From the NCBI GenBank assembly GCA_963664305.2, contig CAXXLV010000002.1:192001-256000 (forward strand): a stretch of DNA of 64,000 bases, given 5' to 3'. The notes beneath the pieces are model-generated. The model saw only the letters and a list, made by a program, of their open reading frames with translations, was not told the DNA's origin and did not search any database. The position numbers and the translations under genes were made by a program. Positions 49,068 to 59,184 of this stretch are shown here, one piece after another. Within the stretch, counting starts at the first letter, position 1, and each line of letters begins with the position of its first letter. Source of the DNA: an uncultured Aliarcobacter sp. (GTDB lineage: Bacteria > Campylobacterota > Campylobacteria > Campylobacterales > Arcobacteraceae).

Positions 49068-50040
49068 ACTCAATGTTTTACAATACAATCCAATAAAAAT
49101 AGATTTTATAAATGAAAATTATTCACTTGATAGTTTAGTGGATAATTCTCATTTTGAAGAGTTAACTAAAAAATATAAAGAAAAATTTGGCTTTTCAAAA
49201 CTAAAAACTTTCTCTTTTTCAAAAGAGGGATTTTTAGGTCTTTTTTTAGAACTACGTGGAAAAATTGCTATTAGTCTTGGAGAATGTGAAGCTTTAATAA
49301 ATGGTGCAAAACTATATGAAAGTTTAGGTTTTGAAATCATTTGGATAGGTTTAAACAAAGATGGAAAAGTAAATTTAAAAACAATAGAAAATCAAAATAT
49401 AGATTTTCTTTTTTTATCTTCTTATGTTATGGATACTTTTGTAATAACACCTTTAGATGAGGTAAAAAAACTAACAACTGCTAAAATCATCTCAAATGCA
49501 AGTGCTCAAATTTCATCTTTTAGTGATGCAATCTATTTTGATAACTATAAATTAACTGGTTATAACTTATCTGGTGTAATACTATTTGAAGAGGAAAATC
49601 TTTTTGAACTTTTAAATATAGGATTTATTGATACTTTGGCTGTAAAGTATTGTTTTGAAGCTTTAGAAAATCAAGAATTGAATTATGAGATGAAAGATAA
49701 ATTCTTATTAAAACTAAAAGAGAAGTTTGCTGAAGATTTATACTTTTTTGTAAATCCAAATGATACTTTGCTTTATTCTTTACACTTTGCACTAAAAGGT
49801 ATAAAAGCAAGAGAGCTAATACGAACACTTGCTCTTAATCAAATTTTCTTGACAAATGGAGAAGGATGCTCTTTGGGACTATCAAAACCATCAAGAATAA
49901 TCCAAGCTATGGGATATGATGAACTTACAAGCAGAAACTCAATCCAAATGGCTTTTAATAGATTTTTTAGTGATGTAGAAATAGAAAAGATTGTAAATAC
50001 TATTTATTTAAAATATAAACAGATCAAATCATTTATTTGA
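49045..50040 (+). CDS. Divergent class V PLP enzyme (cysteine desulfurase/selenocysteine lyase-like)
   Basis: DNYKLTG (candidate PLP Lys), NGEGCSLG...PSRIIQAMG, SRNSI; start may be TTG at 49060. Confidence 0.65.
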   Translation: MEKKSLFKLNVLQYNPIKIDFINENYSLDSLVDNSHFEELTKKYKEKFGFSKLKTFSFSKEGFLGLFLELRGKIAISLGECEALINGAKLYESLGFEIIWIGLNKDGKVNLKTIENQNIDFLFLSSYVMDTFVITPLDEVKKLTTAKIISNASAQISSFSDAIYFDNYKLTGYNLSGVILFEEENLFELLNIGFIDTLAVKYCFEALENQELNYEMKDKFLLKLKEKFAEDLYFFVNPNDTLLYSLHFALKGIKARELIRTLALNQIFLTNGEGCSLGLSKPSRIIQAMGYDELTSRNSIQMAFNRFFSDVEIEKIVNTIYLKYKQIKSFI

Positions 50041-50148
50041 TTACTTAATTTTAAAATTATAACTATTTTTATAATTTTTTAGAAAAAACTTTCGATTTCC
50101 TTTCTTTTTTTTGATTAAATTTCTTTATAAAAAAAATAAGGAAATGAA

Positions 50149-52251
50149 ATGAAAAAAATCTCTCTTTATGCAAGTGCTTTACTTGTAAGTACAAATTTAA
50201 TGATAGCATCAACTATAACTCTAGATACAACTACTACAGGAACAGCAGGAGTTACTCAATTTACATATGGTGGAGGATCTGATTTTTATGATGGTACGAA
50301 AATTTTTGTCTATTCAATGGATTCTTATGATTTAATAATTGATACAAATATTACTTATACTGATTTAAGTACAAATACTGGTTTAGTAGGTGGTATACTT
50401 GAACATTCTACTACTTCGAATAATATAGATGATAAATCAATAACAAATAACTCAATTATTTCTATAAATACAGATTACTCAGCACGTGGATTAGTCATTG
50501 ATTATAATGATATAGACTCTTCAATAAATAACAATGGCCAAATATTAGTTAATAGTGTATCAAATAATACTTATGGGATTTTCATTGGAGATGATCTAAA
50601 TGGTTCGATAATAAATAATGGAACAATTAGAGCTACTTCAAATAATCAATTAAATAGAAATAGTTATGTTATAAATACAAATTCGATAACTAATCAAGGT
50701 ATTATTACAAATAATGGTTCATTAGAAGGAAATTTTAATGTTTATGCTCAAATAGATAATAATGGAACAATTAAACTTCCTAAAATGGGAAATAATGATT
50801 CTGCATGGGTAGACACTTATAATCAATCTTCAAGTGGTATTTTACAAATTCAAGTTGATTCTGATAATGCTGGAAATGTAACTGATTATTCAAAACTTCA
50901 AGGTACAGATATCACGTTTGCAACAGGAAGTACTATTGATGTAAATGTACTAAATCAAAATTTATTAGCAGGACAAACATTAAGTGGTGTTGTTGAAGCA
51001 TCTGGTCCAGGTGCAGCATTAAGTGCAAATGATTTAAATATTACAGATAATTCTGCACTTCTAAATTTCACATACTCTTTATCAAATGGAGGATTAAGTT
51101 TAGATTTACAAACTGTAAGTGCTGGAACTATTTATAGTTCTGTAGTATCTGGTGGTGGAAATAGTGCTGCACAAAATGCAGGAAGAGCTTTAACAACTAT
51201 TCAAAATAGTGGAAATACTCAAATGAACTCTGTATTTACAGCACTAAATAATCTTTCTACTAATCAAGCAGTTGCAAGTGCAGTTGAAACTACAACACCT
51301 CAAATCTCAAATGCAGCAAGTGAAGCTACATCACAAATTTCTAGAAATATTTCAAATATTGTAAATCAAAGACAAAATGTATATTTAGGAAATGGTTTAA
51401 ACTCTGGTGATATGATATTTGGTGAAAAAAGTTTATGGGTTAAACCTTTTGGTTCAATGGGTTCTCAACAAGATAAAGATGGATTAAATGGTTTTGATAC
51501 AAAAACTTATGGATTAGGTTTAGGTATTGAAGGTGAATATGCAGATAATCAAAAATTAGGATTTGCACTATTTTATGCAAATGCAAATGTTGATATGAAT
51601 AATATTTCTCAAGATGCAGACTTAGACGTATTTAGTGCATCTGTGTATGGAAATGTACCTGTAATAGACGACAAAACACAATTATTATATCAATTAGGTT
51701 ATTCATTACAAAAAACAGATTCTACTAGAGATATTTCTTTGACTAGTCAAACAGCAACAGCTGATTATACTTCAAAAAGTGCATCTGCTGATTTAAGATT
51801 AGTAAGAGATTATCAACTAAATGAAAAAGTTTTATTACAACCTATGGTTTCTACAACATATAGATATTTTAATACTCCTTCTTATTCTGAAAGTGGAGCA
51901 GGTTCTTTAAATTTAAATGTTGACAAATTTACGACAGATGAATTCTTAGTTGGATTAGGAAGTGCAGCACAATATAAAATAGATGATAGTTCAAAATTAA
52001 TTGGAAATGTAAATTTATATTATGATTTAATTGATGATAATAGAGCTGTTACATCATCTTATTCTGGTGCTACTGGAGTATCATTTGATACTTATGGAAT
52101 TGATAATGGTAGATTATCTCATGAAATAGGTTTAGGTTATGAAAGAGAAATTACAACGTTAAGTAATATTAATTTCTCATATAACTATCAAGGAAAAGGT
52201 ACTGATTATAGTGATCATTTAATCTCAGCAAAATATGTATTGAAATTTTAA
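50149..52251 (+). CDS. Autotransporter (type Va) outer-membrane protein
   Basis: Signal peptide; N/T/S-rich I-x-N-N-G-x-I passenger repeats; LWVKPFGS barrel start; C-terminal YVLKF. Confidence 0.88.
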   Translation: MKKISLYASALLVSTNLMIASTITLDTTTTGTAGVTQFTYGGGSDFYDGTKIFVYSMDSYDLIIDTNITYTDLSTNTGLVGGILEHSTTSNNIDDKSITNNSIISINTDYSARGLVIDYNDIDSSINNNGQILVNSVSNNTYGIFIGDDLNGSIINNGTIRATSNNQLNRNSYVINTNSITNQGIITNNGSLEGNFNVYAQIDNNGTIKLPKMGNNDSAWVDTYNQSSSGILQIQVDSDNAGNVTDYSKLQGTDITFATGSTIDVNVLNQNLLAGQTLSGVVEASGPGAALSANDLNITDNSALLNFTYSLSNGGLSLDLQTVSAGTIYSSVVSGGGNSAAQNAGRALTTIQNSGNTQMNSVFTALNNLSTNQAVASAVETTTPQISNAASEATSQISRNISNIVNQRQNVYLGNGLNSGDMIFGEKSLWVKPFGSMGSQQDKDGLNGFDTKTYGLGLGIEGEYADNQKLGFALFYANANVDMNNISQDADLDVFSASVYGNVPVIDDKTQLLYQLGYSLQKTDSTRDISLTSQTATADYTSKSASADLRLVRDYQLNEKVLLQPMVSTTYRYFNTPSYSESGAGSLNLNVDKFTTDEFLVGLGSAAQYKIDDSSKLIGNVNLYYDLIDDNRAVTSSYSGATGVSFDTYGIDNGRLSHEIGLGYEREITTLSNINFSYNYQGKGTDYSDHLISAKYVLKF

Positions 52252-52377
52252 ATATAAATACTTCTAACAGTAAAAAGTAGTTAAAAATAATAAAGTAAAA
52301 TATTTTTAACTCTTTTTATTATAAAATATAATAAAATTTATTATGATTTATAATGAAAAGATTAGGAGATTTTTTTT

Positions 52378-53076
52378 ATGAATGATATAAGTGAGTTAAA
52401 ATTATTATATGTTGAAGATGAATTAAATACATTATTGTTGTATGAAAAATATTTTAAATCAAAATTTGAAATTGTTTATACTGCAAGAGATGGAATAAAA
52501 GCTTTAGAAATATATACAAAATATAAACCTAATTTATTAATTTTAGATATTAATTTACCATTCTTAAATGGTTTAGAACTCACTAAAAAAATACGTAAAT
52601 TTGATAATGAAACTAAAATTATTCTTCTTACTGCAAGAGATGATAAAGAGATTTTAATTCAAGCTATAGGATTGGATGTTCTTATGTATTTAGAAAAACC
52701 TTTAACAAGAAATAGTTTAAAAAATATGTTTGATAAAGTAGAAGCATCTTATGAAAATCAGTTATATAAAACATTAGTTATTTATAAAGATGAATTAAAT
52801 GAATTTATTTGGAATAGTACAAAAAAAGTTTTATTACAAAATAAAGAGATTATAAAATTGACAAAAAAAGAGCTTTTACTTTTGGAATTATTTATAAATA
52901 AACCAAATGAAATTATACCTTTTGAATTGATCTATGATAAAGTTTGGATAGAAGATAGTTATAAAAATTTTAGTATACCTTCTATAAAAACTTTAGTAAA
53001 GAATCTTCGTTCAAAATTACCTGCAAGTACGATAAAAAGTTCTTATGGTGCAGGATTTATATTTAATTTAAAATGA
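52378..53076 (+). CDS. OmpR-family response regulator
   Basis: LYVEDE, LDINLP, EKP; LTKKE...LRSKL...YGAGF. Confidence 0.88.
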   Translation: MNDISELKLLYVEDELNTLLLYEKYFKSKFEIVYTARDGIKALEIYTKYKPNLLILDINLPFLNGLELTKKIRKFDNETKIILLTARDDKEILIQAIGLDVLMYLEKPLTRNSLKNMFDKVEASYENQLYKTLVIYKDELNEFIWNSTKKVLLQNKEIIKLTKKELLLLELFINKPNEIIPFELIYDKVWIEDSYKNFSIPSIKTLVKNLRSKLPASTIKSSYGAGFIFNLK

Positions 53077-55583
53077 AAAATTTAAAAATAATTTTTACAT
53101 TATTATTAATACTTTTTGATGTTCATGCTAATGATTCTTTAGAAAAAGTTAAATTACAACTTCAATGGAAACATCAATTCGAATTTGCAGGTTTTTATGC
53201 TGCAAAGGAAAAAGATTTTTATAAAGATGAAGGTTTAGATGTAGAATTAATAGAATTTGATAACGATGTAAATATTATACAAAGTGTTTTAGATGGTAAA
53301 AATGATTATGGTATAACATATTCAAATTTAATCAGTGAATATCTTGAAGGAAAACCTTTAATTTTTATTGCAAATTTTCTTAAACAATCTCCTCTTGCTT
53401 TAGTTACACAAAAAGATATTACTTCACCTGCTGAATTAAAAGACAAAAAAATTATGGGTGTATCTGACCAAATTAATAGTTCTATGTTTTTATTAATTTT
53501 CAAACGATTTGGTATAAAAACTGATGATTTTATATCCGTAGCTCCAACTTTTAATATTGATGATTTTATAGATGGAAAAGTTGATGCAATGACAGTATTT
53601 ACTACAAATGAACCATATTTTTTAGATGAAATTAATTATAAATATAATTTGATTAACCCAACAATTTTTGGTGCAGAATTTTATGATTTAAATTTATTTA
53701 CTTCAAAAAATGAACTAATTAATAATCCATCAAGAGTTGAAAAAATCAAACGGGCTACAATAAGAGGTTGGGAATATGCACTAAAACATAAAGAAGAAAT
53801 AATTAATATTATTTTAAAAAAATATAATTCTCAACATAAAACAAAAGAAGCTTTAATGTATGAAGCAAATAAAATAGAAAGTCTAATGTTACCTTCAGTT
53901 TATTCAATAGGTAGTATTGACAAAGGTAGAATAAAATTAATTATAGATAATTTTATAAGTTTAAATCTAATAAATGAATATAAAAATGTAGATATAAATG
54001 ATTTTGTTTATGAACGAACTTCACTTCCTATAACAGCTGAAGAAGAACAATACTTAAATAGTAAAAAAAATATAAAAATTTGTATTCATCCTAAATGGTA
54101 TCCTTTTGAAGCTTTAAATGAAAATCAAGAACATGTTGGATTGAGTAAAGATTATTTAGATTTATTTTCAAAATTTATAAAAAAAGATTTTAAAATTGTT
54201 TCAACTGGAAGTTGGCAGGAATCTTTAGAATTTTTAGAAGATAAAAATTGTGATATTTTACCAATAGCACCAGAAACATTTATGGATAAAGCCAATTTAA
54301 TTTTTACTAAACACTATTTTTCAACAGATTTAGTAATGATAGGAAGAAAAAATGATGACCTTAAAATATCAAATAGCTATACAAAAAAAACAATAGGAAT
54401 TTGTAAAAATTTTAAATTGAATGAAGAAATAAGAAATAGATATTCAAATATTAAATTTATAGAAATTGAAAATTATGTGAAAGGTTTTAAGTTATTAAGT
54501 GAAAAAAAAATTGATGGATATATAAATGCATTACCTGTAATGAGTAATTATTTACAAAGTAATTACTCAGAGGAGTTAAAAATAATGGATAAACTTGATG
54601 AAAAGTTGAATTTTTCTATAGCAGTTAGAAATGATGAAAAAATGCTTCAAGAAATTTTGAATAAAGCAATTCTTAGAATAACAAACGAAGATGTAAAAAA
54701 AATTAGTGATAAATATTTAATTCCAGTTATAGAAAAAGAAAAAGATAATTCTATATTAAAAATTATTATTTTTATTATTGTTTTATTTGTTGTTTATTTA
54801 CTTTTTAAACAATATATTTCATATAAAGTGACAAAAATATTAAAGAATAAAATTGAAATAGAAATAGAAAAATCAAAACAAAAAGATAATATGATATTTC
54901 ATCAGAATAAGTTAATTGCTATGGGAGAAATGATTGAAAATATTGCTCATCAATGGAAACAACCATTACATGAATTAAATTGTAATATTATATTAATGGA
55001 TGAAGAGTTAAAAAAATTAAAAATAAAAAATAATTCATTAGATGAATATTTGGATAATATTGAAAATTTGACAGTTTATATGTCTTCTACAATTAATGAT
55101 TTTAAAAAGTTTTATTCAAAAGAAAAAGAACTTAAAAAATTTAATTTATTAACAATTATTAATAATACTTTGGCAATATTAAAACAATCTTTTCAACAAG
55201 AAAATATTTTAGTTGAAGTAAATTCTATAGAACCTATTATTATAGAAAATTATGCAAATGAATTTCAACAAGTAATTTTATCTATTTTAAATAATTCAAG
55301 AGAAGCTTTTAAAGATAAAGATATTGAAAAAAAGTATATAAAAATAGATATAAATGAGTTAAAAGATAATATTTTAATTTCAATAGAAGATAATGCTGGT
55401 GGAATAAAAAAAGAGATAATAGATAAGATTTTTGATCAACACTTTACAACAAAAAAGATTTCTTTAGGTAGTGGATTAGGTTTATATGTTTCTAAGATGA
55501 TTATAGAAAATAGTATAAAGGGAAAAATAGAAGTAAAAAGTATTAAAAATAAGTCAATTTTTACAATTAAACTAAAAAAATAA
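53073..55583 (+). CDS. Sensor histidine kinase with NMT1/THI5-like and family-3 substrate-binding domains
   Basis: LQWKHQFEFAGFYAA; WYPFE; IAHQWKQPL, DNAGGI, GSGLGLY. Confidence 0.85.
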   Translation: MKNLKIIFTLLLILFDVHANDSLEKVKLQLQWKHQFEFAGFYAAKEKDFYKDEGLDVELIEFDNDVNIIQSVLDGKNDYGITYSNLISEYLEGKPLIFIANFLKQSPLALVTQKDITSPAELKDKKIMGVSDQINSSMFLLIFKRFGIKTDDFISVAPTFNIDDFIDGKVDAMTVFTTNEPYFLDEINYKYNLINPTIFGAEFYDLNLFTSKNELINNPSRVEKIKRATIRGWEYALKHKEEIINIILKKYNSQHKTKEALMYEANKIESLMLPSVYSIGSIDKGRIKLIIDNFISLNLINEYKNVDINDFVYERTSLPITAEEEQYLNSKKNIKICIHPKWYPFEALNENQEHVGLSKDYLDLFSKFIKKDFKIVSTGSWQESLEFLEDKNCDILPIAPETFMDKANLIFTKHYFSTDLVMIGRKNDDLKISNSYTKKTIGICKNFKLNEEIRNRYSNIKFIEIENYVKGFKLLSEKKIDGYINALPVMSNYLQSNYSEELKIMDKLDEKLNFSIAVRNDEKMLQEILNKAILRITNEDVKKISDKYLIPVIEKEKDNSILKIIIFIIVLFVVYLLFKQYISYKVTKILKNKIEIEIEKSKQKDNMIFHQNKLIAMGEMIENIAHQWKQPLHELNCNIILMDEELKKLKIKNNSLDEYLDNIENLTVYMSSTINDFKKFYSKEKELKKFNLLTIINNTLAILKQSFQQENILVEVNSIEPIIIENYANEFQQVILSILNNSREAFKDKDIEKKYIKIDINELKDNILISIEDNAGGIKKEIIDKIFDQHFTTKKISLGSGLGLYVSKMIIENSIKGKIEVKSIKNKSIFTIKLKK

Positions 55584-55657
55584 TAAATTATTTTTTATGT
55601 GACGTTATTTGTGACAAAAAAATGATAAAATTTTTTTATTATAAAAAAGAAGTAAAA

Positions 55658-56014
55658 ATGATAATAGAAGACAAAGAAAGACTACTAAAAATCCATAAAA
55701 ACATTGAACCTATAATGAATGATAAAATAATGTGGGGAAATAAACTTTTAAATATGCTTATCGCAATTGCTCTTGATAAGTATATTCAAGAAAATATAAA
55801 TAAAGTTATATCTTTAGAAAAATTACTTTTATTTGTAGGATATAATAATTTGATTAAAATATATTTGAATATAAAACCAAAAAAAACTTTAATTATTGGA
55901 AATCATTTAAGAGCAACGACAGAAGATGAAGCTATTCACATGATAGAAAATCAATGGAATGATGATTATGGATATTTTATTGATGAATTTTATAATACGC
56001 TTTTAGATTATTAA
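55658..56014 (+). CDS. Hypothetical protein
   Basis: 118 aa ORF downstream of TGATAAAAT; no recognised motif. Confidence 0.5.
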   Translation: MIIEDKERLLKIHKNIEPIMNDKIMWGNKLLNMLIAIALDKYIQENINKVISLEKLLLFVGYNNLIKIYLNIKPKKTLIIGNHLRATTEDEAIHMIENQWNDDYGYFIDEFYNTLLDY

Positions 56015-56030
56015 GAGTTTAAAATAGATT

Positions 56031-56065
56031 AAAAAAGGTATTTACTTTTTGTAAATACCTTTTTT
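56031..56065. terminator. Bidirectional intrinsic terminator
   Basis: AAAAAAGGTATTTAC-N5-GTAAATACCTTTTTT. Confidence 0.75.
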
Positions 56066-56066
56066 T

Positions 56067-57350
56067 TTATTTGAAAATATCTGACATTTGATTTTTATAC
56101 CATCCGACAGCATATTCTGCTTCTTGTGCTCTAAAATTATCATCAGCATCTTGAGGACTTAATCCCCCAGCATCTTTTACTGCAACTATTTTATCAGTGT
56201 GAGCTTCATAAACAGCTGCAATTGAAATACCATAAGTTGGAGATAATAAACTATAACAAGTATTAGCAAGTTTTGGAGGATTTATAACTGCTTGATTTTT
56301 TAAAATTTTAGAGATTTGAAGAGCTACAATTTTACCTTGTGAATTAGCAGAAAAACCTGATTTTGGCATTGGACTAGCCATAGAAGCATCACCAATTACA
56401 TGAACATTTTTTACAAGTTTTGACTCAAAAGTTTTAGTATTAACAGGACACCAATCTCCCATTACTAGTCTTGAATCAAATGCAAGTTTTCCAGCTTTTT
56501 GTTCAGGAATATAATTTAAAACATCTGCTTTGATTTTTTCATCTTCAGTTGTTACAACTTTATTTATTGGGTCAACTGATATTACTTTACCACCAAATTC
56601 AGCACTTCTCCATTCAATCATATTTGGATAAAGTTTTTCCCAACCTTCTTGAAATAAAGCTTGTTTTGAAAATTTATTTTTTTGGTCAAGAATTATAATT
56701 TTTGAATTTGGTTTATTATTTTTTAAATAATGCGCAACAAGAGAAACTCTTTCATAAGGTCCAGGAGGACATCTAAAAGGGTCTTTTGGTACAACCATTA
56801 CAAATATTCCACCATCTTTCATCTCTTCTAATTGTTTTCTTAAAAGTTCAGTCTGAGAGCCAGCTTTATAGGCATGTGGTGCATACTCTTCTGAACCTTC
56901 AACATAACCTTTTTCATATTTAAAATCAATCCCCGGTGCAACTATTGCTTTTGTATAAGTTATAGTTTTTCCACTTTCTAAAATTACACTATTTTTAATT
57001 CCATCAAGTTTTTTTACTTTTTCATGAATTACTGTAATATCATATTTTTTTTCTAAAGTATTATAATCATGTTTTATATATTCAATAGGATTCATTCCTG
57101 CAATTACAGTATTACTAAATGGACAAGTATAATATTCTTTATTTTGTTCAATTAGAATAATTTCTGTATCAGGAGAAAATTTTCTTAAATATTTAGCAGC
57201 AGTTGCACCACCAAATCCACCACCAATAATCACTACTCTTTGTTTGTTTTTTGAAGGTGTAGTTATATCTTCGATTGTATTTGTACATGCTGTAAAAGAT
57301 AAAGCTGTTGCACCTAATACTATTTTATGGAAGTTTCTTCTATTCATCAT
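56067..57350 (-). CDS. fccB: Flavocytochrome c sulfide dehydrogenase flavoprotein subunit (FccB/SoxF-like)
   Basis: Tat NRRNF; GGGFGG, CPFSN, RCPPGPYER, MPKSGFSANSQ, NTCYS. Confidence 0.88.
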   Translation of the reverse strand: MMNRRNFHKIVLGATALSFTACTNTIEDITTPSKNKQRVVIIGGGFGGATAAKYLRKFSPDTEIILIEQNKEYYTCPFSNTVIAGMNPIEYIKHDYNTLEKKYDITVIHEKVKKLDGIKNSVILESGKTITYTKAIVAPGIDFKYEKGYVEGSEEYAPHAYKAGSQTELLRKQLEEMKDGGIFVMVVPKDPFRCPPGPYERVSLVAHYLKNNKPNSKIIILDQKNKFSKQALFQEGWEKLYPNMIEWRSAEFGGKVISVDPINKVVTTEDEKIKADVLNYIPEQKAGKLAFDSRLVMGDWCPVNTKTFESKLVKNVHVIGDASMASPMPKSGFSANSQGKIVALQISKILKNQAVINPPKLANTCYSLLSPTYGISIAAVYEAHTDKIVAVKDAGGLSPQDADDNFRAQEAEYAVGWYKNQMSDIFK

Positions 57351-57362
57351 GATATTTTCCTT

Positions 57363-57659
57363 TTATCTTTCTATACTTGAAAAGTAATAAGAAATTTGTT
57401 CAAGTTCTTCATCTGTGAAACCTTTTACATGTTTTTGCATCATAGTTTCAGTTCTTTTGCCATTTTTGTAATCTAATAGAGTTTGATATAGATTAGTTTT
57501 CCCCATTCCTGCAATATATGGAGTTATTGCTTCAGATTTTCCATCTGTTCCATGACAAGAAGCACAAGAAAGTGCTAACATTTCACCCCTAATTGGGTCA
57601 TATTCTGCAGCTATTGAAAAACTATAGACACAGATAAATAAAAGTGCAATTTTTTTCAT
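57363..57659 (-). CDS. fccA: Monoheme cytochrome c subunit of sulfide dehydrogenase
   Basis: Signal peptide, single CASCHG, TMM axial Met; directly upstream of fccB. Confidence 0.8.
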   Translation of the reverse strand: MKKIALLFICVYSFSIAAEYDPIRGEMLALSCASCHGTDGKSEAITPYIAGMGKTNLYQTLLDYKNGKRTETMMQKHVKGFTDEELEQISYYFSSIER

Positions 57660-57800
57660 TTTCTCTCCTTAAGATATAACAAAATATAAATATAATTATA
57701 ATAAGTTATTAATCTTAAAACGAAATAAATTATTTAATAAAAAATCTTTCAAAATGTAATAATTTTAAATCTAATTATAAAAATATAATAAAATTATTCT

Positions 57801-59072
57801 ATGTTTTTACACTTAGATATAGATTGTTTTTTTGTTTCTGCTCATAGAACTATTGATGATAGTTTATTTCATATTCCAGTTGCGGTTGGAGGACGAAGTA
57901 ATATTAATATTTTTTCTTCAAAAAAAGAGGTTAGACAAATTTCTTCAAATAGTGGAGCTTTTGTTAGTACGATACTTACAAATGAAGGTCATAAGAGTTT
58001 TAAAGATTATTTTGTTGATGAAAATGGAAAAATAAGAGGAATAATAACAACAGCATCTTATGAAGCACGTGCATTTGGAGTAAAAACTGCAATGAGTGTA
58101 AATGAAGCTTTAACTCTTTGTCCTCATCTTAAAATGCTTCCACCAAATTATCCTTTGTATCATGATTTATCAACAAAATTAAAAGAGCTTTTAGTTAAAG
58201 AGATTCCTTTAGTAGAACAATTTTCAATTGACGAATTTTTTGGAGATGTAACAGGTTATATAAATGAAGATGAGATAGTTGATTTTGCTTATAGATTGAA
58301 AAAGAAAATTTATGATGAGTTGAAATTACCTATTTCAATAGGAATTGCAAATACGAAATATTTATCAAAATTAATAACAGAATATGCAAAACCAGATGGA
58401 GTAAAATACGTAAGTGTTGATAATATAGCAAATTTTATAAGAGATATTCCTATTGGAGAGTTTCCTGGAATTGGAAAAGGTTTTCAAGAAAGACTTAAAG
58501 GTTATGGAATAAAAACTTTAGGAGATATAAGAAAAAATCAAAAACTTTTTTATTCTTGGAAAAAGCCAGGAATTGATTTGTATAACAGAGTTTGTGGAAT
58601 TAGAGATAATAAATTAACAATTGAAAGAGAAAAAAAATCTATAGGAATAGGGCGAACTTTTGATGTTATTTTTGATAGAGTCGAACTTAAGAGAAGAGTT
58701 ATGATACTTTGTCGATATTTATGTTTTTTAGTAAAAAAAGAGGGTGTAAATCCATTAACTTATGCTATAAAAATTAGATATGAATATAAAATAAAATCAA
58801 AAAATTATATAAATGTAAATAGAATTTTTAATGAAATGGATTTTAAGTCTGAGATGGTAAAACTTTTTGAACAAACAGATAATCATAAAACCCATGGAGT
58901 AATTCAACTATATATTACAGTTTTTAATTTTGCAAAACAAAATGATTATACATACAATCTTTTTGAATATGAAAATGATGTAAAAAAACAATTCCTTACA
59001 AATCAAATGCAAAAATTAAGAAGTAAATATGGAATTGATATTATAAAAAGTGCATTTGAAATACGTGAATAA
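57801..59072 (+). CDS. dinB: Y-family DNA polymerase IV
   Basis: HLDIDCFFVS, ASYEARAFGV, SIDE, SIGIA, KPDG, PGIG. Confidence 0.9.
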   Translation: MFLHLDIDCFFVSAHRTIDDSLFHIPVAVGGRSNINIFSSKKEVRQISSNSGAFVSTILTNEGHKSFKDYFVDENGKIRGIITTASYEARAFGVKTAMSVNEALTLCPHLKMLPPNYPLYHDLSTKLKELLVKEIPLVEQFSIDEFFGDVTGYINEDEIVDFAYRLKKKIYDELKLPISIGIANTKYLSKLITEYAKPDGVKYVSVDNIANFIRDIPIGEFPGIGKGFQERLKGYGIKTLGDIRKNQKLFYSWKKPGIDLYNRVCGIRDNKLTIEREKKSIGIGRTFDVIFDRVELKRRVMILCRYLCFLVKKEGVNPLTYAIKIRYEYKIKSKNYINVNRIFNEMDFKSEMVKLFEQTDNHKTHGVIQLYITVFNFAKQNDYTYNLFEYENDVKKQFLTNQMQKLRSKYGIDIIKSAFEIRE

Positions 59073-59113
59073 TAGATTATTAAAATTATCAAATGATAAA
59101 ATATCTTATTTAT

Positions 59114-59128
59114 TGATAATCATTATTA
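59114..59128. promoter_or_regulatory. Fur-box-like 7-1-7 inverted repeat
   Basis: TGATAAT-C-ATTATTA, one mismatch, upstream of the DoxX-family gene. Confidence 0.65.
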
Positions 59129-59184
59129 ATATTGTTTAAAGAATAAATATTTTAAAATTCTCTTTTACAAATAGGGGGAATTTA

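Noticed and set aside
50101..50112. Poly-T phase-variation tract before the autotransporter
   Set aside because: Runs of about 8 A/T are common throughout this AT-rich window.
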